Positions 25,896 through 36,018 of a DNA stretch of 64,000 nt are shown here, one piece after another. Below the pieces are notes generated by a model. That model searched no databases. It was not told the DNA's origin and saw only the letters and a list, made by a program, of their open reading frames with translations. Source of the DNA: Dehalococcoidia bacterium (GTDB lineage: Bacteria > Chloroflexota > Dehalococcoidia > Lucifugimonadales > UBA3495); the NCBI GenBank assembly GCA_034420695.1, contig DAOULB010000040.1:80162-144161 (forward strand), written 5' to 3'. The position numbers and the translations under genes are program-made. The first letter of the stretch is position 1, and each line of letters begins with the position of its first letter.

Positions 25896-26474
25896 GTGGA
25901 ATACAGCCGCATCGCCCCAATGATGGGCAACCTGTGGTCTCCCATCGCCGCAATTACCAGTTCATGGAAGGGCAAGAACAACGTCCAGATTGCCGTGGCG
26001 GCTGCCGCGGCTTCCATCGTCCCGGAAAGGCCCCGGGTGTTGCTGCAGATTTATAAGACCAATTACACCCACTCTCTAATTGAATGCAGTCGGGCCTTCG
26101 CGCTGAACTTTCTGCGGATCGACCAGTTGGAACTGATTAAGAAATTCGGATTCAGTTCGGGGAGAGACATAGACAAACTGGCGGAAACTCCGTTTTCCCA
26201 TGGGGTTGCCGGAAGCCCCATCCTGGACGATTGCTGGGGATTCCTGGACTGCCGGGTTATTAATGCCATGGACGGCGGGGACATGACCTGCTTCCTTGGT
26301 GAAGTACTGGACGGGTCCATGCTGTCCGAAGGAGAGCCGCTGTGGTGGAGGGATGCCCGGAGAAGGATACCCGGTGATTGGATGGAAGAGTGGGACCGGA
26401 AGATTTCCGGTGAGGTCCAAGTTTCTCTTGCCACAATGGACGAAATAGACTATTCGCCCTGGCAACCCCGTTAG
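25896..26474 (+). CDS. Flavin reductase-like (DIM6/NTAB) protein; start uncertain (25896 GTG or 25920 ATG)
   Basis: FALNFL, FGFSSGRDIDK, G.PILDDCWGFLDCRV, GDMTCFLGEV. Confidence 0.82.
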   Translation: MEYSRIAPMMGNLWSPIAAITSSWKGKNNVQIAVAAAAASIVPERPRVLLQIYKTNYTHSLIECSRAFALNFLRIDQLELIKKFGFSSGRDIDKLAETPFSHGVAGSPILDDCWGFLDCRVINAMDGGDMTCFLGEVLDGSMLSEGEPLWWRDARRRIPGDWMEEWDRKISGEVQVSLATMDEIDYSPWQPR

Positions 26475-26509
26475 GGCCCAGTTGGCAACTTCCCACACTC
26501 GTTGGTGAA

Positions 26510-27667
26510 ATGACTGTAGAACAGGTAGGCAAAATCATAGAGGAGATACACGCCGCTCCTCCGTTGGCGGTGGTCGCCGCGGCGGGGGCTGGCAGCCAGG
26601 CAGTGGCGTGGCTCCTGGGTGTGGCTGGCGCCTCCCGCACGCTGCTGGAAGTGGTGGTGCCCTATGGCAGGCTGTCCATGATCGACTTCGTGGGCCGCGA
26701 GCCCGACCAGTTTGTCTCGGAGGAGAACGCCCGGGACATGGCTTCTGCTGCCTACCGCCGGGCCCTCGATCTCAGGGAAGATAGCCAGCCTGTCCTGGGC
26801 CTGGCCTGCACCGCGACAATTGCCACCGACCGTACCAAGCGGGGCGACCATCGGGCCTTCGTGGCGATGTGGGACCAGGCCGGCTGCTCCGAATATGGAC
26901 TGCTCTTGGACAAGGGTCTCCGGGACCGGGAAGGGGAGGAGGAACTAGTCAGCCGGCTGATTATCCAGGCGTTGGCCAAGGCTTCAGGGGTTGACGACGT
27001 TCTCCCCTTGGAAGTGCTGGGCTTGGTGGAGCTCACCGCCAATGACAGGCTCCAATATCGGCGGACAGACCACCCGGACCCCGTTAGTCTGTTGCTGGAG
27101 GGAGCCGTTTCCTGGGTAACGGCCCACCCGGATGGCAGCCTGATTCCTGAAGAACCGTGGGCCGGAGCCATACTCCCGGGCTCCTTCCGACCTTATCACC
27201 ACGGTCACCGCCAGTTGGCCAAGGCTGCGGAAGAGATCCTCGGTTGCCCCGTGGCATTTGAGCTGTCGGTTCTAAACGTCGATAAGCCACCTCTGGAAGC
27301 TTCGGAAATCAGGAAGCGGTTGTCCCAGTTCACCGGTGAGGCGCCGGTGTTGCTCACCCGGGCAGAGACCTTTCACAAGAAGGCCGGCCTGTTTCCCGGG
27401 TGCACCTTCGTTGTGGGTTGCGACACCGCAGTGCGGCTGGTGGCTGATAGATACTACGGCAACTCCTACGAGGAAATGGCGAGGGCCCTGGCTGAAATCT
27501 GGGCTGCCGGCTGCCGATTCTTGGTAGCTGGGCGCGAGGCGGACGGACGATACCAGACCGTGGCCGATGTGCCGGTGCCCGAGGGGTTTGGTTCCCTGTT
27601 TCAAGGGATACCAGAGTCCCGGTTTAGAGTAGACATCTCCTCCACCGCCCTTCGGGCACATACGTGA
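26510..27667 (+). CDS. Two-domain protein: CinA/PncC-like N-terminal domain fused to an HxGH nucleotidyltransferase-like domain
   Basis: N-half GVAGASRTL...Y...VSEENARDMA...GLACTA; C-half PGSFRPYHHGH, ELS..NVDKP, VGCDTAVRL..RYY, ISSTALR. Confidence 0.65.
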   Translation: MTVEQVGKIIEEIHAAPPLAVVAAAGAGSQAVAWLLGVAGASRTLLEVVVPYGRLSMIDFVGREPDQFVSEENARDMASAAYRRALDLREDSQPVLGLACTATIATDRTKRGDHRAFVAMWDQAGCSEYGLLLDKGLRDREGEEELVSRLIIQALAKASGVDDVLPLEVLGLVELTANDRLQYRRTDHPDPVSLLLEGAVSWVTAHPDGSLIPEEPWAGAILPGSFRPYHHGHRQLAKAAEEILGCPVAFELSVLNVDKPPLEASEIRKRLSQFTGEAPVLLTRAETFHKKAGLFPGCTFVVGCDTAVRLVADRYYGNSYEEMARALAEIWAAGCRFLVAGREADGRYQTVADVPVPEGFGSLFQGIPESRFRVDISSTALRAHT

Positions 27668-27773
27668 AATCTGGACTGGCTTTACCCTTTATTTGCCTGC
27701 GGCAATCCTCGGCCTTGCCCCATGTTAGCCTCAAGGCAGCAATATTCGGCACGGGCTAGACCGGATCCTTAAA

Positions 27774-27802
27774 TTGACGCTCTACAGGAACGGTGGTATA
27801 TC
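27774..27802 (+). promoter_or_regulatory. Possible sigma70 promoter of the nuo operon
   Basis: TTGACG-N17-TATATC about 85 nt upstream of nuoA. Confidence 0.4.
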
Positions 27803-27885
27803 ATGATATTGCACTTCCGTTCCAACCAAACCCCGCGCCGACCCTGGTGATGACCTCGGAGCCCCCCTGGCAACCAACCGGAGTT

Positions 27886-28308
27886 ATGTGGCAGTTAACC
27901 GTACCCAATCTACAGGCATTTAACCCCGAACTATTTGCCCAGAACTGGATCGCGGTAGCCTTGGCCGCCTTCATAGCTGCCGCGGCAATAGCCGCAATGT
28001 TCGGAGCGTCCCGCCTGCTTTCAGCCCGCCGGCGGTCCGAGTTGAAGTTGACCCCTTATGAATGCGGGATTCCGGCTACCCCTTACGCTTGGTCCAATAT
28101 CAGTGTCCGGTTCTACGTCTTTGCCATCCTGTTCCTGATTTTCGACGTGGAGGCGGTTTTCCTCTTCCCGTGGGCGGTAATCTTCCTGGAACAGAAAATC
28201 ACCCAAGCAAACGCGGTCCCCTTCTACGCCATGATGCTGTTCTTGGCGGTGCTGGGATTCGCCATCGTTTACGCTTGGAAGAAGGGGGCCCTGGATTGGC
28301 AGAGATAA
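27886..28308 (+). CDS. nuoA: NADH-quinone oxidoreductase subunit A
   Basis: [41 protein letters not shown]; ATG 27886 follows GGAG. Confidence 0.93.
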   Translation: MWQLTVPNLQAFNPELFAQNWIAVALAAFIAAAAIAAMFGASRLLSARRRSELKLTPYECGIPATPYAWSNISVRFYVFAILFLIFDVEAVFLFPWAVIFLEQKITQANAVPFYAMMLFLAVLGFAIVYAWKKGALDWQR

Positions 28309-28832
28309 CCCAAGACGGCGGAAACCGGCCTGCCCCAAGCACGCTTCATCTGGCGACCGCCGGCAAGGTTCCAGGGGTTATCACCACTACCACCGAACAG
28401 CTCTTTGCCATGGCCCGGAAATCGTCTCTGTGGACGTTGAGCTTCGGACTTGCCTGCTGCGCCATAGAAATGATTTCTACCTACATGGCCCATCACGACT
28501 TCGACCGGTTCGGCGTGGTCACTTGGCCGTCCCCCCGCCAGTCGGACGTGATGATAGTTGCCGGCACGGTGGTCAAGAAGATGGCCGAACCAATTCGCCT
28601 GCTGTACGAGCAGATGCCAGAGCCCAAGTGGGTCATAGCCATGGGTAGCTGCGCCACCAACGGCGGCCCCTACTACCGCTCCTACTCGGTGGTGATGGGC
28701 GTGGACCACATCATTCCGGTGGACGTGTACGTGCCGGGTTGTCCGCCGCGTCCCGAGGCGCTGCTATACGGCATCCTTAAGCTCCAAGAAAAAATCATGG
28801 AAGACGCCGGAAAGAGTGTCGACACCCAGTAG
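28296..28832 (+). CDS. nuoB: NADH-quinone oxidoreductase subunit B (probable TTG start overlapping the end of nuoA)
   Basis: [45 protein letters not shown]. Confidence 0.95.
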   Translation: MAEITQDGGNRPAPSTLHLATAGKVPGVITTTTEQLFAMARKSSLWTLSFGLACCAIEMISTYMAHHDFDRFGVVTWPSPRQSDVMIVAGTVVKKMAEPIRLLYEQMPEPKWVIAMGSCATNGGPYYRSYSVVMGVDHIIPVDVYVPGCPPRPEALLYGILKLQEKIMEDAGKSVDTQ

Positions 28833-29331
28833 TTCCCAATCGATACTGGATACCCTTTCCTCCGAAAACCGCCTGTTGTTGGACAGAATGGTGGCAGCGA
28901 TGGCCGGCCTCCACCCCGGCCCCGGCGCAATGCGGGACCTGCCATTGGTGACCGTCGAGCCGGGCGACCTGCTGCAAGCCTGCCAGATTGCCAAGGAATC
29001 CCCGGGATTGAATGCCAACCAACTGTTGTGCTTGGCCTGCGTGGACTACCAGGAGCACTTTCAACTGGTGTACTTCCTCAGGTCCCTGGGTGGTCCCGGG
29101 GAACCGGTTAAGATTATGGTCATCAAGGCCAACCTGTCCTATGAAGACCCCCGCGCCCCTTCGGTGGTCCAACTGTGGCGGGCTGCAGAGTGGTACGAGC
29201 GCGAAGCCCGAGACCTATTCGGGGTGACCTTTGAAGGAAACCCCAACTTGACGCCCTTGCTGCTTTACGACAAGTTCGAGGGTTTCCCGGGGAGGAAAGA
29301 GTTCCCCCTCAACGATTACCAGGAGTTCTGA
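28816..29331 (+). CDS. nuoC: NADH-quinone oxidoreductase subunit C
   Basis: [42 protein letters not shown]. Confidence 0.9.
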   Translation: MSTPSSSQSILDTLSSENRLLLDRMVAAMAGLHPGPGAMRDLPLVTVEPGDLLQACQIAKESPGLNANQLLCLACVDYQEHFQLVYFLRSLGGPGEPVKIMVIKANLSYEDPRAPSVVQLWRAAEWYEREARDLFGVTFEGNPNLTPLLLYDKFEGFPGRKEFPLNDYQEF

Positions 29332-29336
29332 CCCGT

Positions 29337-29582
29337 TTGGATAGCGTGACTTTGACTGCTCGGGTGACTCTCGACGACGGCGTGTACGTGGCAAGGGTGG
29401 ACCAGTTGCCCATTGAGGCTACCGGGGGTTCCCCTGAAGAGGCCAAAGAGGAACTGACGGAGGCGTTTATGTCCTGGCTGCAATCTCAGGACATCGGGGA
29501 AGTCTTGGAAGTCACCTTGGGCAACGCTGGTTTCCCCGGGGTGGATGAGGAAACGGAGGTCCAGTTGGAGTTTGTCGAGTAG
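29337..29582 (+). CDS. Small acidic HicB-like-fold protein
   Basis: GVYVARVDQLPIEATGGSPEEAKEELTEAF resembles the HicB N-terminal Y.A.VP.LP....G.T.EEA...L.EA pattern; in the nuo operon direction. Confidence 0.55.
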   Translation: MDSVTLTARVTLDDGVYVARVDQLPIEATGGSPEEAKEELTEAFMSWLQSQDIGEVLEVTLGNAGFPGVDEETEVQLEFVE

Positions 29583-29624
29583 TACTGGCGGTTGACACTT
29601 TCGTTAGTGTCGTCCGGCTGCGAC

Positions 29625-29996
29625 TTATCCGCCTTGCCCGGCGTCTGGCAGTGTCGCCAGCACTCGGCTTACCAAGTCGCTGATTTTGGGGCGGTCCGTT
29701 CGCCATTCGTGGTCTTCCATGAACCAATGGTAAAAGTCACGATGGAACTTCTCAGCGACGCCGAAATTGGAGGCGATTAGTGGGTCATCCAGCTCATCGG
29801 CCAACCTTTCGGCTGCTTGCTTTGTGGCAGCATGGCTGGTCTGGGGCCATCCCCGCTCCAAAGCTACTGCCATCAGCGCATGGGAGGCGGCGCCCCACAA
29901 TTTCTCCGATGCCTGCATTTGGTCGCCTTCGGCATAGTGACGGTCTGCCTTTTGCAAGTAGTCCAAGGCGGTTTGGGCGTGTTCCTGAGTGAGCAT
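29625..29996 (-). CDS. PaREP1/HEPN-like protein, copy 2 (antisense inside the nuo operon)
   Basis: GDQMQASEKLWGAASHA...ERGW, FHRDFY; TATAAT on the minus strand at 30038-30033. Confidence 0.75.
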   Translation of the reverse strand: MLTQEHAQTALDYLQKADRHYAEGDQMQASEKLWGAASHALMAVALERGWPQTSHAATKQAAERLADELDDPLIASNFGVAEKFHRDFYHWFMEDHEWRTDRPKISDLVSRVLATLPDAGQGG

Positions 29997-30060
29997 GCAG
30001 CGTCTTGCCCCTCGTGGTATCGATTATGGCCTATTATAGGGTATGCGGGTGCGGCCTGGC

Positions 30061-31266
30061 ATGGCAAGCGCCCCGGGCGAAGCTCCCTTTGGGCTCTCTC
30101 TTGATGAGTGGAACGTTGTGGAAGTAATGGAAAGCTCCCTGAACAAGATGGACGACGCAGCAACCTCGGGGGAACCCATAGAGATGCTGCTCAACATGGG
30201 ACCCCAGCATCCGTCCACCCACGGGGTCTTCCGAATGGTCCTATGGGTCGATGGGGAAAAGATTGTGGACATGGAGCCCCACATAGGCTACCTGCACCGG
30301 GGTTCGGAGAAAATCTGTGAAGGGGAACAGTACCATCAAGCCATAACCCTCTTCGACCGAATGGACTACGTTGCCAACTTCAACAACGAGCTGGTGTACT
30401 GCATGGCGGTGGAAGAACTCATGGGCTTGGAGGTGCCGGAAAAGGCCGAGTACATCCGGGTCATTCTCTGCGAACTGAATCGAATTGCCAGCCACCTCCT
30501 CTTCGCCGCCACTATGGGCCTGGACGCCGGGGCCATGACGCCCTCCATGATCTGCTTCCGGGGAAGGGAAAGAGTCCAGACCCTTTTTGAGGCTGTCTCC
30601 GGGGCCAGGATGATGCACAACTATTTCAGGGTCGGCGGCCTGAAGGAAGATGTGCCGGACGGCTTCCGTACTATGGTCGAAGAGTTGCTCCCGCTGCTCA
30701 GGGAAGATGTGGAGGAGTCGGACCGGCTGCTGACCTTCAACGAGATTTTCCTTGCCCGGCTCAAGGATGTGGGAGCGATCTCCGTGGACGACGCCATCGA
30801 CTTCGGATTCACCGGCCCCTGCCTGCGGGCCTGCGGCCTGGACTATGACCTGCGTAAGGCCGAACCCTATTCGGTGTACGATCGTTTCGAGTTCGACGTG
30901 CCAGTGGGTTTGGACGGGGATTCATGGGACCGGTATTACGTACGAGTCCAAGAGATGTACCAGTCACTGAGCATCGTGGAGCAGGCCCTAGCCCAGATGC
31001 CGGAGGGTGGAGTAGCCTCCTCCCTGGGACGGCGCTTGATCCGGCCCCCGGCGGGGGAGGTTTACGCCCGGGCGGAAAATCCGCGGGGTGAAATAGGAGT
31101 TTACCTGGTGAGCGATGGCACCGACCGCCCGTACCGGGTCAAGGTCAGGCCGCCCTCCTTCTGCAACCTGTCGGCCATCAGGCACATGCTCCGCGGAGCT
31201 TGGGTGGCAGACGCAGTGGTAATCCTGGGCTCCCTGGACATAGTGCTGGGAGAGGTTGACCGGTGA
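30061..31266 (+). CDS. nuoD: NADH-quinone oxidoreductase subunit D (start uncertain)
   Basis: NMGPQHPSTHGVFR, GYLHRGSEK, DRMDY, ELNRIASHL, ENPRGE, GSLDIVLGEVDR. Confidence 0.96.
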   Translation: MASAPGEAPFGLSLDEWNVVEVMESSLNKMDDAATSGEPIEMLLNMGPQHPSTHGVFRMVLWVDGEKIVDMEPHIGYLHRGSEKICEGEQYHQAITLFDRMDYVANFNNELVYCMAVEELMGLEVPEKAEYIRVILCELNRIASHLLFAATMGLDAGAMTPSMICFRGRERVQTLFEAVSGARMMHNYFRVGGLKEDVPDGFRTMVEELLPLLREDVEESDRLLTFNEIFLARLKDVGAISVDDAIDFGFTGPCLRACGLDYDLRKAEPYSVYDRFEFDVPVGLDGDSWDRYYVRVQEMYQSLSIVEQALAQMPEGGVASSLGRRLIRPPAGEVYARAENPRGEIGVYLVSDGTDRPYRVKVRPPSFCNLSAIRHMLRGAWVADAVVILGSLDIVLGEVDR

Positions 31267-32459
31267 GTCTGGCATTGCCCCTGCTGGTAGTCGGTGCGTC
31301 CATCAGTGTGGCAAGTGTCCTGTGGGACCTGCTCGCCCTGTTCCTCCTGTTTTTCGCCTTGTCTGTCGTGGTCTTGTCGCTGGTATGGCTGGAACGCAAG
31401 GTTCTGGGCCGGCTGCAGCGCCGGTTGGGGCCCACCCGCACCGGGCCCATGGGGCTCTTTCAGCCAGTGGCTGACGCCATGAAGCTGCTGCTGAAAGAGG
31501 ACATACTGCCCACATCGGCAGAAAGGGCCATTTTCTGGCTGGCCCCGGTGGTGGTGGTGGTGCCTGCTTTCATGATCTGGGTGACCATCCCGGGGGCCCA
31601 GAACGCCGTTGTGCGGAACTTGGAGCTGGGCCTCTTTTACATCACCGCCTTCGCCGTGATGGGTATACTAGGGCTGGTTCTGGCCGGTTGGGGCTCGGCT
31701 AACAAGTATGGCGCCCTGGGTGGACTTCGGGCTGCGGCCCAGCTTATCAGCTACGAAATTCCGGTCATCATGGTAGTAGTGGCCGTGGCTATGCTGGCCC
31801 AGTCCTTGGACCTGCGGGAAATCGTGGTACAGCAGGAACCCTATCCTTTCGTGTTGGTCCAGCCCCTTGGACTGCTGATCTTCTTTATAGCGGGCTTGGC
31901 CGAGGTGGGGCGCACGCCCTTTGACATTTACTTCGCCGAGTCGGAAATAGTCGGCGGCCCCTTTGTGGAATACAGCGGGGCCCACTGGTCGGTGTTCTTC
32001 CTGGCTGAGTATATCAACACCTTTGCCATTGCAGCCCTCACCGTTCTGCTGTTCCTGGGTGGTTGGTCCGGCCCACTGCTGGACGGCGCCTGGGCAGTGG
32101 TCTGGTTCCTGGTGAAGGTCTACTTGGTGGTACTGGTCATCTTCTGGATTCGCGGCACCTTTCCACGGCTCCGGATAGACCAGCTGATGGCCTTTGCCTG
32201 GAAGGTGATGGTGCCCCTGTCATTCTATGTTGTGGTGATTACTGCGGTGTACCAATTCTACGGTTGGCCTGCTTGGTCTCTGACGTTGATGTCTGGTGCC
32301 GGCCTGCTGGTGGTGGGGGCGGTAATCTACCGCCGCTTGACTGGGCCGGCGAACCGGGTGGCCCAAGTGCGGGCCCGGCAGCTTGCCTTGGAGCGCAGTC
32401 GCCGGGAGGCCTCGTCGGCGGCCAGGGCCGAAGGTGCAGCGAGGGCCAATGCTGAATAG
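31263..32459 (+). CDS. nuoH: NADH-quinone oxidoreductase subunit H
   Basis: ERKVLGRLQRRLGP, QPVADAMKLLLKED, RAAAQLISYE, RTPFD..AESE, FPRLRIDQL. Confidence 0.95.
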   Translation: MSLALPLLVVGASISVASVLWDLLALFLLFFALSVVVLSLVWLERKVLGRLQRRLGPTRTGPMGLFQPVADAMKLLLKEDILPTSAERAIFWLAPVVVVVPAFMIWVTIPGAQNAVVRNLELGLFYITAFAVMGILGLVLAGWGSANKYGALGGLRAAAQLISYEIPVIMVVVAVAMLAQSLDLREIVVQQEPYPFVLVQPLGLLIFFIAGLAEVGRTPFDIYFAESEIVGGPFVEYSGAHWSVFFLAEYINTFAIAALTVLLFLGGWSGPLLDGAWAVVWFLVKVYLVVLVIFWIRGTFPRLRIDQLMAFAWKVMVPLSFYVVVITAVYQFYGWPAWSLTLMSGAGLLVVGAVIYRRLTGPANRVAQVRARQLALERSRREASSAARAEGAARANAE

Positions 32460-33042
32460 TCTGAAAGGCCTTTGGGTTACTTTCGTTTCCACGGTAAACG
32501 GGTTGCGGGAACCGGTTACTCGCCAGTACCCCGCGACCGGCACAGTATGGCAGAGGAGCCGGCGGCCCACTCCGGTTCAGCCCCGCTTCATGGGCTTCCC
32601 GGCCCTTACTTGGGACGAAGAGGTGGAGGAACCCTTCTGCACCAGTTGCATGGTCTGTGTGCGCCAGTGTCCCACCCATTGCATGTCGGCCACCATGCAG
32701 GACAACCCCCTCCACGAGCAAGGGTTGAGCCGCCGCCGGAAGATTGTCGAACGCTTCGAAATCAATCTGAACCGTTGTATACTTTGCGGGATTTGTGTCG
32801 AGGTCTGCAACTTCGACGCGATCGTCATGAGCCATGAGCACGAGATGAGCACCTATCGACGGAATGGCGACCGCGTCAGCCTCCCGGTGTTGCTCGAGAT
32901 GGGTAGAAAGTTCCAACGGGAAACCGGGTGGTCCCGCCCGTCGGGACGGCCTCCGGTACAGGAAGAGGCTTCCGCCTCCGGTGGGAGTGCCCCCTCCGAA
33001 GACCACGAACCTGGGGCCGGTCCCGCCTCTTCGGCGGCTTAG
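32449..33042 (+). CDS. nuoI: NADH-quinone oxidoreductase subunit I (2x[4Fe-4S])
   Basis: VTRQYP, CTSCMVCVRQCP and CILCGICVEVC. Confidence 0.93.
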   Translation: MLNSLKGLWVTFVSTVNGLREPVTRQYPATGTVWQRSRRPTPVQPRFMGFPALTWDEEVEEPFCTSCMVCVRQCPTHCMSATMQDNPLHEQGLSRRRKIVERFEINLNRCILCGICVEVCNFDAIVMSHEHEMSTYRRNGDRVSLPVLLEMGRKFQRETGWSRPSGRPPVQEEASASGGSAPSEDHEPGAGPASSAA

Positions 33043-33179
33043 TGCCAGAAGCCGGATGCCTTTCCGAAATCGCCCGGTGGCGAGTTGCAACTCAACGACC
33101 ACAGGACGCCTGCATAATCCGTCCTTGGAGTATTCTTTGCCGCTTGAGGCCGGCGGTGCCTCAACATGATTGACGTTCT

Positions 33180-33683
33180 ATGTCCTGGTTTTTGTTTGGC
33201 CTGCTAGGCGCACTCACTCTGGGGGCAGGGCTCGGCGTGGTGCTCACCCGTAACGTGGTGCACGCTGCGCTGTTTCTGCTCTTGTCCTTGGTGGCTGTGG
33301 CCGGCTTGTACTTGGTGCTCTTCGCCGAGTTTCTTGCCTTGGTGCAGGTGCTGATTTACGGCGGCGCTATTATCATCGTCCTGCTTTTTGCCATCATGCT
33401 GACCCGCTCCTCCGAGTACCCCGGCATAAGCGACAACCGGCAGTGGCCGCTGGCGGCTGTCGCCGCACTGGGACTACTGGGAGTGCTGGCTGCGGCATTC
33501 CTGGCTCCGGCCTTCTTGGACGCGCCTGTCGAAGCCACGAGTCCCCAGAGTCCTTCCTTTGCCGGCTTGGGCAACTCCCTGTTCACCACTTGGGCCATCC
33601 CCTTCGAAATTGCCTCCCTGGTGTTGCTGGTTGCCTTGGTGGGGGCGATCATCATCGCCCGGGACGGCGGGGACAACGGTTAG
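33180..33683 (+). CDS. nuoJ: NADH-quinone oxidoreductase subunit J
   Basis: RNVVHAALFL, AEFLALVQVLIYGGAI, PFEIASLVLLVALVGAI. Confidence 0.93.
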   Translation: MSWFLFGLLGALTLGAGLGVVLTRNVVHAALFLLLSLVAVAGLYLVLFAEFLALVQVLIYGGAIIIVLLFAIMLTRSSEYPGISDNRQWPLAAVAALGLLGVLAAAFLAPAFLDAPVEATSPQSPSFAGLGNSLFTTWAIPFEIASLVLLVALVGAIIIARDGGDNG

Positions 33684-33686
33684 CCT

Positions 33687-34007
33687 TTGGTCCCCCTGGT
33701 CTATTTTCAACTGGTAAGCGCCGGGCTTTTTGCTATTGGTCTTTACGGAGTGCTGGCCCGCCGCAGCGCTGTGCTCATCGTGATGTCCATCGAGTTGATG
33801 TTGAACGCGGTGAACATCAACCTGATAGCGGCGGCGGCCTACTTGGAGGGAACCGGCAACTTCCGGGCCTTTGACGGGCAGATAATCGCCATCTTCGTGA
33901 TAACGATTGCTGCGGCGGAAGTGGGACTGGGCTTGGCGATAATTCTCCGGATGTACCGCAACCGGTCCACGGTCAACGTGGATGAAATAGACCTGATGAA
34001 GTGGTGA
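33687..34007 (+). CDS. nuoK: NADH-quinone oxidoreductase subunit K
   Basis: MSIELMLNAVNIN, GQIIAIFVITIAAAEVGLGLA. Confidence 0.95.
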   Translation: MVPLVYFQLVSAGLFAIGLYGVLARRSAVLIVMSIELMLNAVNINLIAAAAYLEGTGNFRAFDGQIIAIFVITIAAAEVGLGLAIILRMYRNRSTVNVDEIDLMKW

Positions 34008-34025
34008 CCCCGGCGGGCTGTTAGT

Positions 34026-35975
34026 TTGGAATTTGCCTGGCTCATACCGGTAATTAGTTTCGCGGCTGCTCCGCTGGCTTGGCTGGCCGGGCAGCGAGTG
34101 CGCGGCCGGCCCTTCCTGGCGGGTGCGCCGGCCATTATCGCAATAACTGTGGGGTTCGTCCTTTTCTGGGTGGCCCTCTTCGGGTTCCTGAACGTTGCTC
34201 CGGATACGTCCGGATGCCGGGTTCCGGAAGAAACCGGGTCCCTGACCTGCGAATACCAGCGCACTTGGTTCCAAGCCGGATTGCCCCAACTGGGAAACAG
34301 CGTGACCCTGGACTGGGGCGTCCTGATCGACCCCTTGTCGCTGGTGATGGTGGGCCTTGTCACTTTCGTCGCCTTGATCGTGCAGGTGTACTCCCTGGGC
34401 TACATGCGGGATGAGCCCAGGATCGGCTGGTACTACGCGGTCCATGCCTTCTTTGCCGGCGCTATGTTGACCCTGGTGCTGGCCGACAACTTCCTGCTGC
34501 TCTATGTCGCATGGGAGTTGGTGGGAATCAGTTCGTATCTGCTGATAGGTTTTTGGCACGAAAGGCCGGCGGCCAGGGAGGCGGCAAAGAAGGCCTTTAT
34601 CGTCACCCGGATTGGTGACGTGGGGATGCTGGTGGGCATTCTGCTTTTGTGGCGGGAGACCGGCAGCTTCAGCATGTCGGAAGCCTTCGCCCAAGCCCGG
34701 TTGGGCTCGATTACCGGAGGCGCCGAGGGCATGGGAGAAGGGGTTGCCCTTGCCGCCGCCCTACTGCTATTCCTGGGGGCAATGGGCAAGTCGGCCCAGT
34801 TCCCCTTTCACGTCTGGCTGCCCGATGCAATGGAAGGCCCCACTCCGGTCAGCGCTCTGATTCACGCCGCTACCATGGTGGTCGCGGGAGTGTACTTGGT
34901 CGCCCGGGCGTTCCCCATCTTCGAGGCATACGACGGCGACGCCCTCTTGGTGGTAGCCGCAGTGGGGCTCGCTACCTCTTTGCTGGCCGCAACAATCGCC
35001 TTGGTGTCGGTGGACCTGAAACGGATTCTGGCCTATTCCACCGTCAGTCACTTGGGCCTGATGATGCTCTCCCTGGGCGCATTCGGGTACACCGCAGCGG
35101 TGTTTCACCTGCTGGCCCACGGGTTCGCCAAGGCCCTGTTGTTCCTGTCGGCAGGCAACGTCCTGCACCAGACGGAATTGCAGGACGTGCGGCAGATGGG
35201 AGGACTGGCAAAGGTCATGCCCCTGACCGCCCTGTTGTTTTCGGTGGGAGCCCTGTCGCTGGGGGGAGTGCCGGTCCTTGCCGGGTTCTGGAGCAAGGAC
35301 GAAATCCTGGCGGCCCTTGCAGCGGGCCGCCATCCAATCTTCCTGGCCCTTGGCTTGGTCGCCGCTCTGCTCAGCGCCCTGTACATGGCCCGGGCCTTGT
35401 TCGTCACCTTCTTTGGGGACCTCAAACGGGAGAACCGGCGGGTCCATGAGGCCCCCTGGGTTATGACCGGCCCGATTTTGCTGCTGGCAGTCCTGGCGGT
35501 AGGATTCGGGTTCGTCAGCTTCAACTGGCCCGGGGAATTCAAAGGGTTTGGAACTTTCGTCTTCTTCGGCCACGGCGAGGGTTTCCATTTCAACTGGGGG
35601 CTGGGAATAGCTTCGGCGCTCCTAGCGATTCTGGGTTTCGCCTTTGCCTGGCTGGTCTATCTGAAGGGCGTAGTATCCGCCGAGAGGGTCCGCAACAGCT
35701 TTGGCGTCCTGTTCACCGCTGCGGAGAACAAATTCTACTTCGACGAGGCCTATCAGTGGGTTATTGACCGGGTGGTGCTGACGGTTTCCGGGTTCCTGGC
35801 CCTGTTCGACCGGGCGGTGGTCAACGACCTTGGGGTCAACGGCCCAGCGAATTCGGTTCGCCGCTTGGGAGTGATGCTTCGCCTCCACGTAACCGGCCAT
35901 CTTTACAGCTACGCGCTGGCTATGACACTGGGGACAATTGGAGTGGCCCTGTTCTGGTGGCTTCGGTCCACCTGA
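34026..35975 (+). CDS. nuoL: NADH-quinone oxidoreductase subunit L
   Basis: YSLGYM, WELVGISSYLLIGFW, GKSAQFPFHVWLPDAMEGPTPVSALIHAATMV, GFWSKDEI. Confidence 0.96.
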   Translation: MEFAWLIPVISFAAAPLAWLAGQRVRGRPFLAGAPAIIAITVGFVLFWVALFGFLNVAPDTSGCRVPEETGSLTCEYQRTWFQAGLPQLGNSVTLDWGVLIDPLSLVMVGLVTFVALIVQVYSLGYMRDEPRIGWYYAVHAFFAGAMLTLVLADNFLLLYVAWELVGISSYLLIGFWHERPAAREAAKKAFIVTRIGDVGMLVGILLLWRETGSFSMSEAFAQARLGSITGGAEGMGEGVALAAALLLFLGAMGKSAQFPFHVWLPDAMEGPTPVSALIHAATMVVAGVYLVARAFPIFEAYDGDALLVVAAVGLATSLLAATIALVSVDLKRILAYSTVSHLGLMMLSLGAFGYTAAVFHLLAHGFAKALLFLSAGNVLHQTELQDVRQMGGLAKVMPLTALLFSVGALSLGGVPVLAGFWSKDEILAALAAGRHPIFLALGLVAALLSALYMARALFVTFFGDLKRENRRVHEAPWVMTGPILLLAVLAVGFGFVSFNWPGEFKGFGTFVFFGHGEGFHFNWGLGIASALLAILGFAFAWLVYLKGVVSAERVRNSFGVLFTAAENKFYFDEAYQWVIDRVVLTVSGFLALFDRAVVNDLGVNGPANSVRRLGVMLRLHVTGHLYSYALAMTLGTIGVALFWWLRST

Positions 35976-36018
35976 TGGCTGCCCTGATGGCTGTATGGGA
36001 AGAGAGCGGGCTTAGGGC

